DNA of 63,922 bases, filler included, from Nemertoderma westbladi (taxonomy: Eukaryota > Animalia > Xenacoelomorpha): NCBI GenBank assembly GCA_032718475.1. It is 3 parts of 3 records of this genome, joined end to end, with 100 filler letters (N's around TTAATTAATTAA, not from the genome) between each part and the next. Parts side by side here need not be neighbours in the genome. Positions count along the whole stretch, not along the records: positions 24,097 to 54,074 come from JAUCBJ010004768.1; 2 more parts are not named here. One strand, 5' to 3'. The notes under the pieces were generated by a model. The model did no database searches. It was not told the origin of the DNA and was given only the letters and a program-made list of their open reading frames with translations. Shown piece after piece: positions 24,744-37,951 of this stretch (positions are counted from its first letter, which is position 1; each line of letters opens with the position of its first letter). A program made the translations under genes and the position numbers.

Positions 24744-26096
24744 TGTATCCATCTCTCCCTCTCTCTCTCTACCAATACGTACCTGATTGTTCCACGCCTT
24801 CCTGTATCCATCTCTCTACCAATACGTACCTCATTGTTCCACACCTTCCTGTATCCAACGCCTTCCTGTATCCATCTCTCTCTCTCTACCAATACGTACT
24901 GATTGTTCCACGCCTTCCTGTATCCATCTCTCTCTCTATCAATACGTTCCTGATTGTTCCACGCCTTCCTGTATCCATCTCTCTCTCTCTACCAATACGT
25001 ACCTGATTGTTCCACACCTTCCTGTATCCATCTCTCTCTACCAATACGTACCTGATTGTTCCACGCCTTCCTGTATCCATCTCTCTCTCTCTCTCTATAC
25101 CAATACGTACCTGATTGTTCCACGCCTTCCTGTATCCATCTCTCTACCAATACGTACCTCATTGTTCCACACCTTCCTGTATCCATCTATCTCTCTCTAC
25201 CAATACGTACCTGATTGTTCCACACCTTCCTGTATCCATCTCTCTATCTCTACCAATACGTACCTGATTGTTCCAAGCCTTCCTGTATCCATCTCTCTCT
25301 CTACCAATACGTACCTGATTGTTCCACGCCTTCCTGTATCCATCTCTCTCTCTACCAATACGTACCTGATTGTTCCACGCCTTCCTGTATCCATCTCTCT
25401 CCACCAATACGTACCTGATTGTTCCACGCCTTCCTGTATCCATCTATCTCTCTCTACCAATACGTACCTGATTGTTCCACGCCTTCCTGTATCCATCTCT
25501 CTATCTCTACCAATACGTACCTGATTGTTCCACGCCTTCCTGTATCCAGCTCTCTCTCTCTACCAATACGTACCTGATTGTTCCACGCCTTCCTGTATCC
25601 ATCTCTCTCTCTACCAATACGTACCTGATTGTTCCACGCCTTCCTGTATCCATCTCTCTATCTCTACCAATACGTACCTGATTGTTCCACGCCTTCCTGT
25701 ATCCATCTCTCTCTCTCTACCAATACGTACCTGATTGTTCCACGCCTTCCTGTATCCATCTCTCTCTCTCTCTACCAATACGTACCTGATTGTTGCACGC
25801 CTTCCTGTATCCACGCCTTCCTGTATCCATCTCTCTCTCTCTACCAATACGTACCCGATTGTTCCACGCCTTCCTGTATCTATCTCTCTCTCTCTACCAA
25901 TACGTACCCGATTGTTCCACGCCTTCCTGTATCCATCTCTCTCTCTCTCTACCAATACGTACCTGATTGTTCCACGCCTTCCTGTATCCATCTCTCTACC
26001 AATACGTACCTGATTGTTCCACGCCTTCCTGTATCCATCTCTCTCTCTCTACCAATACGTACCTGATTGTTCCACGCCTTCCTGTATCCATCTCTC
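24744..26096 (-). repeat. ~48-56-bp minisatellite, ~25 copies, made from the HCF-1 exon 6 end plus its donor site
   Basis: Sense unit (GA)nTGGATACAGGAAGGCGTGGAACAATCAG|GTACGTATTGGTA; the first copy is the real exon junction. Confidence 0.95.
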
Positions 26097-26176
26097 CCGC
26101 TCCAAATATACAGACGGGAGTTGATAGAAACCGAACAATGACCGGCTCGCGCGCGGGGTAGAGAATCCTCGAACGA
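26063..26176 (-). CDS. HCFC1: Host cell factor 1, exon 6
   Basis: TTTCAG acceptor, GTACGT donor; [38 protein letters not shown]; phase 0/0. Confidence 0.95.
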
Positions 26177-27618
26177 CTGAAATACAAACACATTGTTTAT
26201 TATTCATTAATTATTGGTTTGTCAATGTTTTATCATCGAATTGATTAGCATTAACCCTTTGGAAGGAAGGAAGTAGGGAAGGAAGGAGGAGGAAGCAAAG
26301 TAGGAAGGAAGGGAAATCAAGTAATATTAATATTTATATATTATGATTAATGTAAAAGGAACAGGAAAAGGAACAGGTTAATGTAGCAGTATTTTCTAAC
26401 TGAAACAATAAACGATACTCAATCAAACTATATGGTGAGAGACGGTGTTTTCTAACCAAAACATCAAATGATACTTAATGGTTATGGTAGATACAGAAAA
26501 TACACAAATCACGGGAAAAGGATATGTTTCAGTGGCGGTGTTTCCAAACCAAACAAAATGAACAATAGTCAATATAACTATGGTGATATCGTCGATACTT
26601 CCTTCTGCCCGTCTGAGCCGCGTTGTATATTATATTACACAATACAAATGTAATGACGAAAACATGATGCAGAAGTGACCCCCCCCCCCCCCCCCCCCCG
26701 GGCAGTATCATCCACTAGCAAATTGCTATTCGCTACTCTCCGAGTTCATATACGTTTCCTCCTCCCTCCTACCATAATTTCACGGGCAACCCTATCTATT
26801 ATTTATATTACTTATAATGTGCTAGGTGGAGGGTGGAGGGTGTAAAATCTTCAATCTTGAAACAATAAACAACATTAACAATCCATTCTTCCTTGTTTCC
26901 TACCTCGAATCATTCCTACCTTCCTTCCTTTCCTTCATGCCGCCGCCCAACCTCATCCAACCGCTATCCATAATTCTCAGAGACAACATATATCATATCA
27001 GCAAAATGATCTCGTACAAAATGACCCCATGTCAAGTTTCCTGTACCGTTTGTGAAAGTAACTCACAATCTCTAAATTCTGCCAATGGTTGTCGATGAGG
27101 AATGCGCTCCGAGATGGTAGTTTTTTTCCTCCGGGAATGTGAAATACAGGAAACATCACGTGGACCAAAAACAACCATTTTCCACTTAGTCACATGACAT
27201 GTATGAGTTCAAGTGTTCAACACCGAATGTATGATACAATTGTATACAGTCTGGCAATCCGTAAAATATATATATATTTTTTTTCTAATTAGTGCCTATT
27301 TAGTACAGAAACGCGTTTGAAATATTTTTTGTTTAGTGTCGAACATAATTCTGTATTGGATTGGGTAATATTGTAATGACAACATATGAGACAAGGGGTG
27401 GGTGGGGGGGGGGCGCAAATCCCATCTCAGCGAATTATTATCCCGTCTCAATGTTAAATTATTCATTTAGGGAAAGCAGCAGGTCGCATGAACTTGTTAT
27501 TCTAACCAAAACAATAAACTAAAGTCAATAGAACATGTTACAGTTTTAGGAGTAATCAGCTGTTATTTGCGTCGAATTTCCCCTGGATGGGGATGGACAA
27601 TCTAACTAACAAATAATT

Positions 27619-28447
27619 CGATGGTGTTTTATCATAACCACTCAACACTCAAAATCCGAATTGTTCAGGGGAGCATTTTTCTACATTCTAACTCCCCTAC
27701 GGTACCTAAGAGATAATTTTTGGTATCATAAGGTAGATAATAAATCTTTGATGCGGTAAAACACCACAATTAGGATTTTTAGTGACATTTAACCAATTTA
27801 TCGATGTTTTTTTAGGATTATAGTGGTTATGCAAAATTTTTTCACTTAAATTGTGATTTTTCATAACGACATATCTATTAATATGTTAGGCATACGAACA
27901 AAACAATCAGTGAAATCTGTCCGAGAGAGTCTTTTCATGAACTGCTAACTATCTGTCCTCCTATCCATCACTTTCGGCTCCATAAAACCTGGACTTCATG
28001 ACCAATACAGTGCATTGTTTGAACAAACACAATTACAGGTATTCAATTAAATGTCAATTAAAAATGTAAAATATTTATTTACTCTGAAATCTGAAAAATC
28101 AGTCATGTAAAGAAGTACTTGCAGTAGTTACAATTCGAATTTCCCGCCCATTGATAGTATATTGAGTCTGTAAGGGACGAATTTCAATCACCATCTCCTT
28201 ATCTGTAATGATGGGCTATGGGTTTAAGTGGTTATGAAAAAAAAGGCCGTTTCCCTTGACTTAATGTAAAATTGGCATTTGAGTGGTTATGCAATTTTCT
28301 GAAATGCGCTGTAACTCAAGCACACGCAACAACTCTAGGCTCTAATACTTTAATAGAAGATTCGTAGAAGTCTAAATATGCCAAAAAAACACCAAAACTC
28401 TATTTTGACAAAAATGACATTTGAGTCGTTATGATAAAACACCATCG
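27619..28447. mobile_element. Non-autonomous TIR element in HCF-1 intron 5
   Basis: 27-bp inverted ends CGATGGTGTTTTATCATAAC(C/G)ACTCAA; internal GTGGTTATG repeats; TSD unclear. Confidence 0.7.
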
Positions 28448-28553
28448 AAATATTACTTATATTTCTGTACAAATTAAAATTAATGCAAAAAATATTAATT
28501 ATTTTTTATAAAATAAATGATTCCACCGGTGGAGCGATTGTTTACTAACTGAC

Positions 28554-28777
28554 CTCCATAGACAGCGCCTCCCACTTCCGGTCGCCGATGCTCAAACAGG
28601 CCAGATTGTTTGTGCACTTCCATTCCTTCTCGTGGCTGGCCACCTTAATGTCATCCATAACCAGGGGGACCCACCCGCCGAATATAAACATACGATTGTT
28701 TATGGAGGCGGAGGAATGTAAACTCCGTGGTAGCGGTGGGGTCCCGTCAATCTCGGGTTTAGTCCAAGTCGAACTGT
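28554..28777 (-). CDS. HCFC1: Host cell factor 1, exon 5
   Basis: PLPRSLHS...[28 protein letters not shown]; AG/GT boundaries, phases consistent. Confidence 0.95.
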
Positions 28778-29070
28778 CTGTTAAATAAAAATATAAATGA
28801 ACCGCTACCTTTTTAACTTCCTGGGCACTTTCTGGAAGGAGTCCGAATTTTGTGACATTATGTGGGATGTTTTCATCTCCGTTACCTCAAAATAATAGCA
28901 ACTTTATAATTAAAAAAATGTTTAAATGTGAAATTTTGCCTGTTTGTGTTTATTTTCATTTTGTGGGAAATAAATATTTGCTTTTATTTAAGGCGTTTTT
29001 TTTTTACAATTTTTTATGCACGAACAAACCCACTAATCATACGATTAATGTTTGCAAATGTGAAACTAAC

Positions 29071-29282
29071 CGACGTCGTATATCCAGAGGTCGCCCAGAC
29101 GACAGCCACTCATCCCGCCGTACACAATAATCCGCGGGTTGAGCGCCACGCCGTCCGAGTAGTGAACCACTGCGGTGTGGGACTCCCGCGGGGAGGGCGA
29201 TGTCCCGTACGTGATCGGTTTCTCCCAGGAAACCGCCCCGCTAACCGGTTTCAGTTCGAGAACGTACAGGTCGTGGAGGTAT
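29071..29282 (-). CDS. HCFC1: Host cell factor 1, exon 4
   Basis: [10 protein letters not shown]...[10 protein letters not shown]...[13 protein letters not shown]; AG/GT boundaries. Confidence 0.95.
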
Positions 29283-29292
29283 CTACGGGTGG

Positions 29293-30690
29293 GAGTGAAA
29301 TAAAGTTAATTATACACCGGGCGAGAGTGAAATAAAGTTAATTATCGACCGGGCGAGAGTGAAATAAAGTTAATTATCGACGGGGCGAGAGTGAAATAAA
29401 GTTAATTATCGACGGGGCGAGAGTGAAATAAAGTTAATTATCGATCGGGCGAGAGTGAAATAAAGTTAATTATCGACAGGGCGAGAGTGAAATAAAGTTA
29501 ATTATCGACAGGGCGAGAGTGAAATAAAGTTAATTATCGACCGGGCGAGAGTGAAATAAAGTTAATTATCGACCGGGCGAGAGTGAAATAAAGTTAATTA
29601 TCGACAGGGCGAGAGTGAAATAAAGTTAATTATCGACCAGGCGAGAGTGAAATAAAGTTAATTATCGATCGGTCGTGAGAGAAATAAAGTTAATTATCGA
29701 CCGGGCAAGAGTGAAATAAAGTTAATTATCGACCGGGCGAGAGTGAAATAAAGTTAATTATCGACCGGGCGAGAGTGAAATAAAGTTAATTATCGACAGG
29801 GCGAGAGTGAAATAAAGTTAATTATCGATCGGTCGTGAGAGAAATAAAGTTAATTATCGACCGGGCAAGAGTGAAATAAAGTTAATTATCGACCGGGCGA
29901 GAGTGAAATAAAGTTAATTATCGACCGGGCGAGAGTGAAATAAAGTTAATTATCGATCGGTCGTGAGAGAAATAAAGTTAATTATCGCCCGGGCAAGAGT
30001 GAAATAAAGTTAATTATCGACCGGGCGAGAGTGAAATAAAGTTAATTATCGACCGGGCGAGAGTGAAATAAAGTTAATTATCGACAGGGCGAGAGTGAAA
30101 TAAAGTTAATTATCGATCGGTCGTGAGAGAAATAAAGTTAATTATCGACCGGGCGAGAGTGAAATAAAGTTAATTATCGATCGGTCGTGAGAGAAATAAA
30201 GTTAATTATCGACCGGGCGAGAGTGAAATAAAGTTAATTATCGACCAAGCGAGAGTGAAATAAAGTTAATTATCGACCGGGCGAGAGTGAAATAAAGTTA
30301 ATTATCGATCGGTCGTGAGAGAAATAAAGTTAATTATCGACCGGGCGAGAGTGAAATAAAGTTAATTATCGACAGGGCGAGAGTAAAATAAAGTTAATTA
30401 TCTACAAGTAGAGAGTTAAATAAAGTAATTATCTACCAGTAGATAGTGAAATAAAGTAAACTATCTTTAGGGGTAAGTGAAATATAGTTAATTTTCTTCC
30501 AGGTAGAGAGAGTGGCGTAAAGTAAATTAACTACCAGTAAAGAGTAAAATAATCTTAATTATCTACTAAAAGAAAGTTGAAGTGAAATATCTAATATCTG
30601 CCACGTAAAAGTGAAATGAAGGTACCAGGAGAGAGTGCAATAAAGTTAATTATCTAACAGAAGATAGTGAAATAAAGATAATTATCTACT
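29293..30690. repeat. 32-bp minisatellite abutting the exon 4 acceptor (~35 good copies, then degenerate copies)
   Basis: Unit GAGTGAAATAAAGTTAATTATCGACCGGGCGA; decays beyond ~30400. Confidence 0.95.
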
Positions 30691-30772
30691 GTTCTGTTAT
30701 CAACCCTGTTGTAAACTGTAACAAGTTGTAAGTCCCATAGCATAGCGGATAGCATGAATGCTGGTGGGGCGA

Positions 30773-30804
<32 letters not shown>

Positions 30805-30898
30805 TTGTGCTAGGGCTAGCCTCATGTGTATTATATGAACAACTGTTGGTTGTTAGACCGCTATTAAACGTAATTTGGACCTGATCTCCGTTACTTAC

Positions 30899-31106
30899 CT
30901 GGGTATGTTACTCTTCGGATCGTCACTGTCATTGGCCAATCCCCCGAACAAGAAGACCCGCTGGCCAACCAGCGTGAAGCTGTGTCCCAGTCTGGGGCAG
31001 GGGTAGGGCCCGTTCTGCGGCCCCTTCGGCTTCAGCCGTCGCCACTCCCACCGACTCGCCTGCAGTTCGTACAGTTCGTTGGAATACTTCCCGTACTCTA
31101 TCATAC
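30899..31106 (-). CDS. HCFC1: Host cell factor 1, exon 3
   Basis: [22 protein letters not shown]...[12 protein letters not shown]...[19 protein letters not shown]; GTAAGT donor. Confidence 0.97.
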
Positions 31107-31371
31107 CTGGGTGGGGAAATATAACGCCATAGTTGACGATTATATATGTTTGAATAATTCCTTAACTCTAGGACATGAAGTGTACCTAATTAAATTAACC
31201 CCCACTCTACTAATCTGTACATGACAGGCTGACAGGCAGTGATTTGGTGTTACAAAATTAAGATAAATAAAATAACCGTAAAACTATAGGCCTATAGCAG
31301 GTACTGTAGAAGTGACCCTTGACAGCTGGATATAATGGTCATTGCAGCATTGAGATAAATTTCAAACTTAC

Positions 31372-31473
31372 CTCCAAATATAAGGAGTCGCGTCCCGTCG
31401 CATACGAATCCAAAGGCGGCGCATCCTGGGGGAATGTCGCCCTTTACAGCTGGGACGAACCATTGATTGGTGG
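31372..31473 (-). CDS. HCFC1: Host cell factor 1, exon 2
   Basis: [34 protein letters not shown]; TTTCAG acceptor, GTAAGT donor. Confidence 0.97.
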
Positions 31474-32153
31474 CTGAAATAAATTCAATACAATTATAAA
31501 GATTCGCCTGTTAAAAATTTTCAAATATACAAATGTTGGCAGGTTGGCGGAATTGATTAAACTGAATTTCCAACAACCAACCACCAACAGTGAACAGATC
31601 AAACCACAGCATTAGCAATAGGCTGATAGGATAGCCAATAGGCCTACCGGTACTGCAATAGGCCCTACCTAGTATCTGTACGAACAACTTTTAAGCCAAA
31701 ACAATACAATTGACTGATTGACGTCAGTGGTTGACCGGAAAGCTATGGATGATGGAGAAATTGTACTGTTGTAGGCCAACAGGCAGACAGAGACAGGTAA
31801 GCTCAATTTTTTAGTCTTTCCTTTCCCAGTTCTATTTCCTTGACTAATTCCCAAATCAGTTTCTAATTAACAAAACAAGATTAACAAAATTTAAAGTACC
31901 GGCTGACCGGTATAAATCAATATCATAATTACGAATTATCAATTAAATAGGCCTAGCCCTAAGTGCTAGGTCACTATGAAAGTATAATACAGTTATACGT
32001 CTCACTGGAGCCTAGGCTACGCTACACTACAGCACTACTGCACTACAACAGTAGTAGGCCTACAAATCACGAAATCAGATAACTGGACTGCTGGACCAGA
32101 GAAACGCACGGAAAGGGATGACCGGTACGGCGGTACGGTCTGATGGTACGCAC

Positions 32154-32313
32154 CTGTATTAAAAACGTGAAGTTCATCAACAATTCCTTCGTTTCCGCCA
32201 CCGAAAACTACCATCAATTCTTTAATAGCAACCGCTCGATGACCATGCCGTGGTCGTGGACAAGGTCCTGTTGTGTTGACAACCTTTCTCCACTTGAATG
32301 TGGGGGCCGCCAT
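32154..32313 (-). CDS. HCFC1: Host cell factor 1, exon 1 (kelch domain start)
   Basis: MAAPTFKWRKV...GPCPRPRHGHRAVAIKELMVVFGGGNEGIVDELHVFNT; GTGCGT donor. Confidence 0.97.
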
Positions 32314-32560
32314 TTTGAAATTTGCAACAGCAATCAATGAACATTCACTAGCCTGCTCCTGCAACCTTTCTTCATAGGCACGCCGTGTAGCTTACAGCCT
32401 AGCTGGTGAATCGTCATTGAATCGCATATTATCTTAGATTTTACCCATAATGCATTTCGGTAAAGCTTGCTAATCATAAGAAGGAGCCAATCAGTAGAAT
32501 TTACGACAGCCATGTGTTCAGTAATGGTCCAATCGCAGAGCAGTGGAATTTGAATCAACA
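32305..32560 (-). promoter_or_regulatory. Putative HCF-1 proximal promoter
   Basis: YY1-type AAAATGGCGGCC overlapping the start codon; CCAAT boxes at ~32487 (AGCCAATCAG) and ~32529. Confidence 0.5.
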
Positions 32561-35017
32561 GCCAACTACAAAACAACAGAACACAGAACAAAACTGTACT
32601 GTAAGGTACAGTGTATAATTATATATTTTGTTTAGAGATACATTGTGTAGCCCACGCCTACGGCCTACATGTAGGCCAACATAATGAAATATATTGTAAA
32701 TTGACACCGCTGTGCGTGTCTTGTATTCAACCTTGGCTTCTATCAAAATAACAGGAACAAACTGCACGCAGAGAGGAGCTTCTCCACGGTTTATTAGTTG
32801 TGTGGCATTCCTTTTGAAATTACAGTAAAACGGGAGCAGTTCCACTCTGACGCGAGGAGGAGTGGCGAGTTGGGCTCGTCGTCCCATAAACTATGTACAG
32901 TACAATGAATATATCGCCGACTTAATGTCAATGATAATGATATGAATAGCAATTCAATGTCAATGATGTACTTACTATGTATATAATGATATCCTATACT
33001 CTTGATTTTGGATTTTTGTCTGGTAAGTGTTCTAAAACATTAGTAGATATTATTTATTAATATCTAGCAAGTTTACACTATATAATTTATATAATTACTT
33101 ACTACAATAGAATTACTAGCTAACACAAAATCAAAATTACTAGCTACCCTCTTACATTCAGAGGTTAAATATAAACCTCTTGATACTGTAAAAGCCATTT
33201 TCATGTGAAAAAATTGGTCAAAAAGTGGCTACCCAATACCTAAAAATTTGAGACACTTAGAAAATTTACTTTTTGACTTTTAGTGTCCCAGAAGGTTTTC
33301 TACACACAAAGTGGCGCATAGTAGGCCAGTTCAAATATCGGATTCGGATTTGGATTGAGATTCGGTTCTGAGGTATCAATAATACATACTGTAATATACT
33401 AGAACGCCATCAAGATGGCTTTAAACGAACCTGTCTTAAATAGACTCCAAGAAACAGATGGGATTGGAAGTTGCAAACCAAGAATGACTTGCATCAACCA
33501 AAAAACTGCACATGTAATACACATTCGCCTAGGCAAACAAATCATAATCACAATTACTGCGATGTGTGAAATATTATCATTATCCGCAACCTGGGTAACG
33601 GCCCCAAAAAGCAGTGTATCTGCATTATATACAGCAGTTCTCCGGTTTTGTTAGTTTAATCGACAGCTGTTGTAAACGTCTCAGATATACAAAACCTACT
33701 AAGCCTTTGCATTACAATTGAGCTTAGCCTGAGTTGATGACAGTATTATAACGATGACAATAGGCCCTATAGATATATACGATATATAAATGATGTACTG
33801 CTTGACATTAGACTAACTGACTGAATACAGATAGAACAATAATTAACGATACAATTAATATACGTAACTCCAATTGTGTGTGCTAATTCGGTATGTGTCA
33901 CCCAATTGGGAAATTTTACAAACTCACCTATAATATATATATAATATATATACATATATATGGATAACATGTCCCTGACAAGCCTTCACTTTTGCGTCAT
34001 GTTCGAAATTGCTACAGTATAACACTAAATTACACAACATTACATTATCAACTACAATGGAATTCCAATATTAACTACTGAATATTATCTACCGATTTGT
34101 TTTTGTTTCATCAAATTTCGCCCAATAGAAAAAAATATATATTTTGAAGTCTACTTCAGTACTCAGAAATGCAGGAAAAACGAAAAAAATTACGAAAAAA
34201 ATTCCAGTAGCCGACAAATATTATCCGCAGTACATGCCGGGTGGAACTGGGTTTGACAATTCGCGGTAATTTACGAGATTTTACAGTGACTCGTTTGTTT
34301 ATTGAGATTCGCATTTTATGACGTACAGTAGACCCTGCGCAGGATCCCGTTTGTCGTAGAGAGATCTGGTAGCTTCTGCAGTAAGAATCTAACAGGGACT
34401 GCCATTGCTGCACAGTGTATTGGTAGGTAGTTCTCCACATCTACCACCAATAGCAGGTTGTATTTCCACCCCACCTACTGTATATTATATTAGTCAAAGT
34501 AGTCAAACGTAGACCACGACAACAATGAATTGGAAAAGAGGATTCGTTTCACCAAAATGGTTCTCCATCTGTTGTTGACACCAACGTTGTGGAACCATCA
34601 TATGATATTTTGATTGGATTTTATCTCATGAAATTATATTTACTTTAATCTTTGATGGATATATATATATAGAATTAATTAGCAAATTAATAAAACAAAT
34701 AAATATATATTAAAATTATTGCACAACGTATTTATTATTAAAACGATTTTATCTAATCGGGGATCCCTTAGGCCTCAATGAGGGAGGCAGAGTCAAAGGT
34801 CTTGAAGAAGTCCACAAATATTATATAATCAAGTTAATAAAGATTATTTTATTGTATTAATTAATACATTATAATTACACTGTACTGTGTGCTAATAAAT
34901 GTTGCAGCTCGTCCTTCTCTACTACATGTATGTATACAGTATAATATCAAAGCTAATTGCAGAAGTGTTGAATTAATTAATTATGTCTACCAATAACAAG
35001 ATTAGTATCTCCTAACA

Positions 35018-35793
35018 ATGGGTGAAGCCTATAGCATTCCAGCAGCCGACCCAAACCTCCAGTACATGTCAATCAACCTACGAGCACCGGATACGTTTAC
35101 AATAATCCACGGAGGAGGCCGCGAGACCGAGGCATTCCGCCAGGCCATCGCGACGGCATGGCCTGAAGGAATACAGGAGGAACACAAACTGCATGGCTGT
35201 TTCCACATTAAACTCCGGGGTAACCCGATGTTCGACGGCCTATTTGCATTTGCTACCGACGCCGTGCGATTTTGCCGCCTCGCTTGTAACATATTCCAGA
35301 ACTTGTGGGACATCGGCTGGGAGTTCTACCTCTCCTCAGATCTAACACGTTGTGACCAGTGCACCTGGTTCTTTAAAAGGCGATCTTCGTTGGATCCCTT
35401 AGAGTTTCCTATGTTCTGTTTAGCACCGTATGGCCGCGATAAATTGCGAGTTATCAACGCTCCTGATGATGTTATTGGAGTTATACTGCAGAGCATCGTT
35501 AGCGTTTGGTCCCGCGGGATTCAAAAGCAATATGTTGGGGACGCGGGGGAATATGTGTTTAAATTGAATGGATATCCGTCGCACAACAACGACTACGAGC
35601 AATCTACGGACGCTATACGATTGATTATGGAGATGTTTAGCCAACTGGGTCGCTTTAACTGGACGCTGTACACTGCGACCAACCTCAAAGGAACCTGCGA
35701 CTCCTTCTTCTTCCGACGGGATCCGGAGTTTGTGTTCGATCGCGATGCCGGATGGCTATTCGCTGTTTATTTGAATCGGCAGGATAGACTAAG
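35018..35793 (+). CDS. Uncharacterised four-repeat-domain protein, exon 1
   Basis: Long ORF with two copies of a D-K/R-L-R-x-I-N-A-P...W..GIQ...KL.G.P domain; GT donor at 35794. Confidence 0.8.
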
Positions 35794-37951
35794 GTTCGGT
35801 TGCTAGGGAACCTTGTCCTTGTCTGTCGATCATTTTTGCACGCTCGAACAGGGATCGAACCCAGTACATTCATCTCTAAAAGGGAATCAGACCTAGAACT
35901 GTTTCACATGGTGCATTCATTTTATCCAACAAAAAAAAATTTCCTAGCTACCCAGTTATTTTATAATAATTAAGCAATCAACTAATTATTTGCAATTTTT
36001 GTAATTATTATACTGTATATTATTATCTCTCATTTTTATTATTGTTTAAAACTAAATAATATACATAATATTAAGAAAACAGATAAAATAAAACCGTAAC
36101 TGAGGAGGAGAACACAACCCAGGCTGCATGAGCTCTTACGGGATGTCATAAAATTGTATGTGGGGCAATAAAACACGTTTGTGGGGCCTTCGCGCAGCAC
36201 GAGAGCCTAAATTAGAAAGTGCATTATACTAATCTCTATTAGATATACGAAAACCGTCTTTCCCAAAAAATGTATGAGTGAAGGCGATGCTAACAGTTTG
36301 TGATAAACTAGTTGTAAAAATAGAGATCCATTTCAGTTTGCCCTCACACACTTTAACTGTCATTTGAAAACCTTCTAACTAGGGCTATTTCCTATTTAAG
36401 TTATAACATTTTCATTTTTAGTTTTACAATACTCTTCTCCTTCATTAGCCTCGTTGCGCTCGTCCTGTTTTGTCTTAAAATAATTTCCCTAAAAGGAGAA
36501 TAACGACCTTTATAATTGTGCAAAGTCTCGAAACTGTGAGAGTAACTGCTGATTTATGGCAGATGGGTACTCGTATCCACTGTAAACCCGTTGCGTTCGT
36601 TCGTTTTTACCAAATTTGAGATTCTTTCTAAACTTTTGTCGAACTACATACGTACCAAGTTTCGTTTAATTTCATCAAGTAATAACGGAGTTATTAGCGA
36701 TCAAATATTTACGACGACGACAGACGACGACGGCACCCGTATGTTAAGGCTTCGCTCACTTCGTGGCTCGCCCCACACTCAAACACAAAATTTAATAAAA
36801 CAACTTGCAGATATGTTAAAATATGGTAAAATTGAGATCACAGATTTTGATTATCAACGATTGAACTTACAATTCGACAAAATATTCCAGTTATCAATCT
36901 AAAGTTCCTGAATATATATTAACTTTATTATGTAGAGTTCTCGTTTCTATTATAAATCCTCGCTTTCACTCGGGTTTTAAAAAGCCTCACATTGCGCTCT
37001 TATAAAGTAGGCCTAGTGAATAACTTACAATTATTAAGTTGTTTCTGGTTGTGGAAGCAGGAAACCCACAGGTCTGTCTGTATTAGACCACTAATTATTT
37101 AAGTCACTAGTAATGCTTTTTTTCTCTTTCATTAGAATTATAATTAGAAAGTAATTAATTTTTAATCTTTTCTAATCTTTGAATCAGGTTCTGATTATTC
37201 AGACTAAAATTACAATTCGGAAAACAAACTTCCTATCGGGAATAAGTCACCAGTTTTAGTTGACCAAATTCAGATATTCTTACGTTGTTTATTGAGTTAG
37301 AACTCGTTTGCAATTAGTACTCGCTTTTCTCGTTGTTTAAACATACCAAATCTTGCAATACTCAATACACAGAACAGTTTAACACATCATAACACGATTG
37401 GGGCCTTCGTGCAGCAAAAGCTGCAAGCCATCTTGCGAACTGTTATAATTATACTTTGGCTAGTTATATATATATATATTTTTTGGTTGGAACTGCGCTA
37501 TCACTATATATATATATATTAAAATCCGGGATGTCCCCGGCGCTATAATATTGCCATAAATAAAATCATTAAAATCGACGCACATAACGCTTAAAATAAT
37601 AGAGTAAGGGCACATAACATCAGAAAGTGGTTAAATTGGTCCTAAAATAATACTATTTCTAAGGCCTATTCTGATATTGGCTTCCGACAATATTTTCGCT
37701 TCCGACAATATTTTGGCATCCGACACACACACTGACACACACACAGACTTTTGGAAAACGGCCATAGTATAATTATAACAGTTCGCTGATGGCTCGCAGT
37801 TTTGACTCGCCCCACAATACACACTGTAACTGTTTAACACAGGAGAACAGCACAGAATAGTTTTATTTTGTCTGCAAATGGACAGAAAGACAAAATGACA
37901 CAAAAGTGTTTATTTACGATGGATGGTTCCCTAGCAACTACTGTAACTCAG

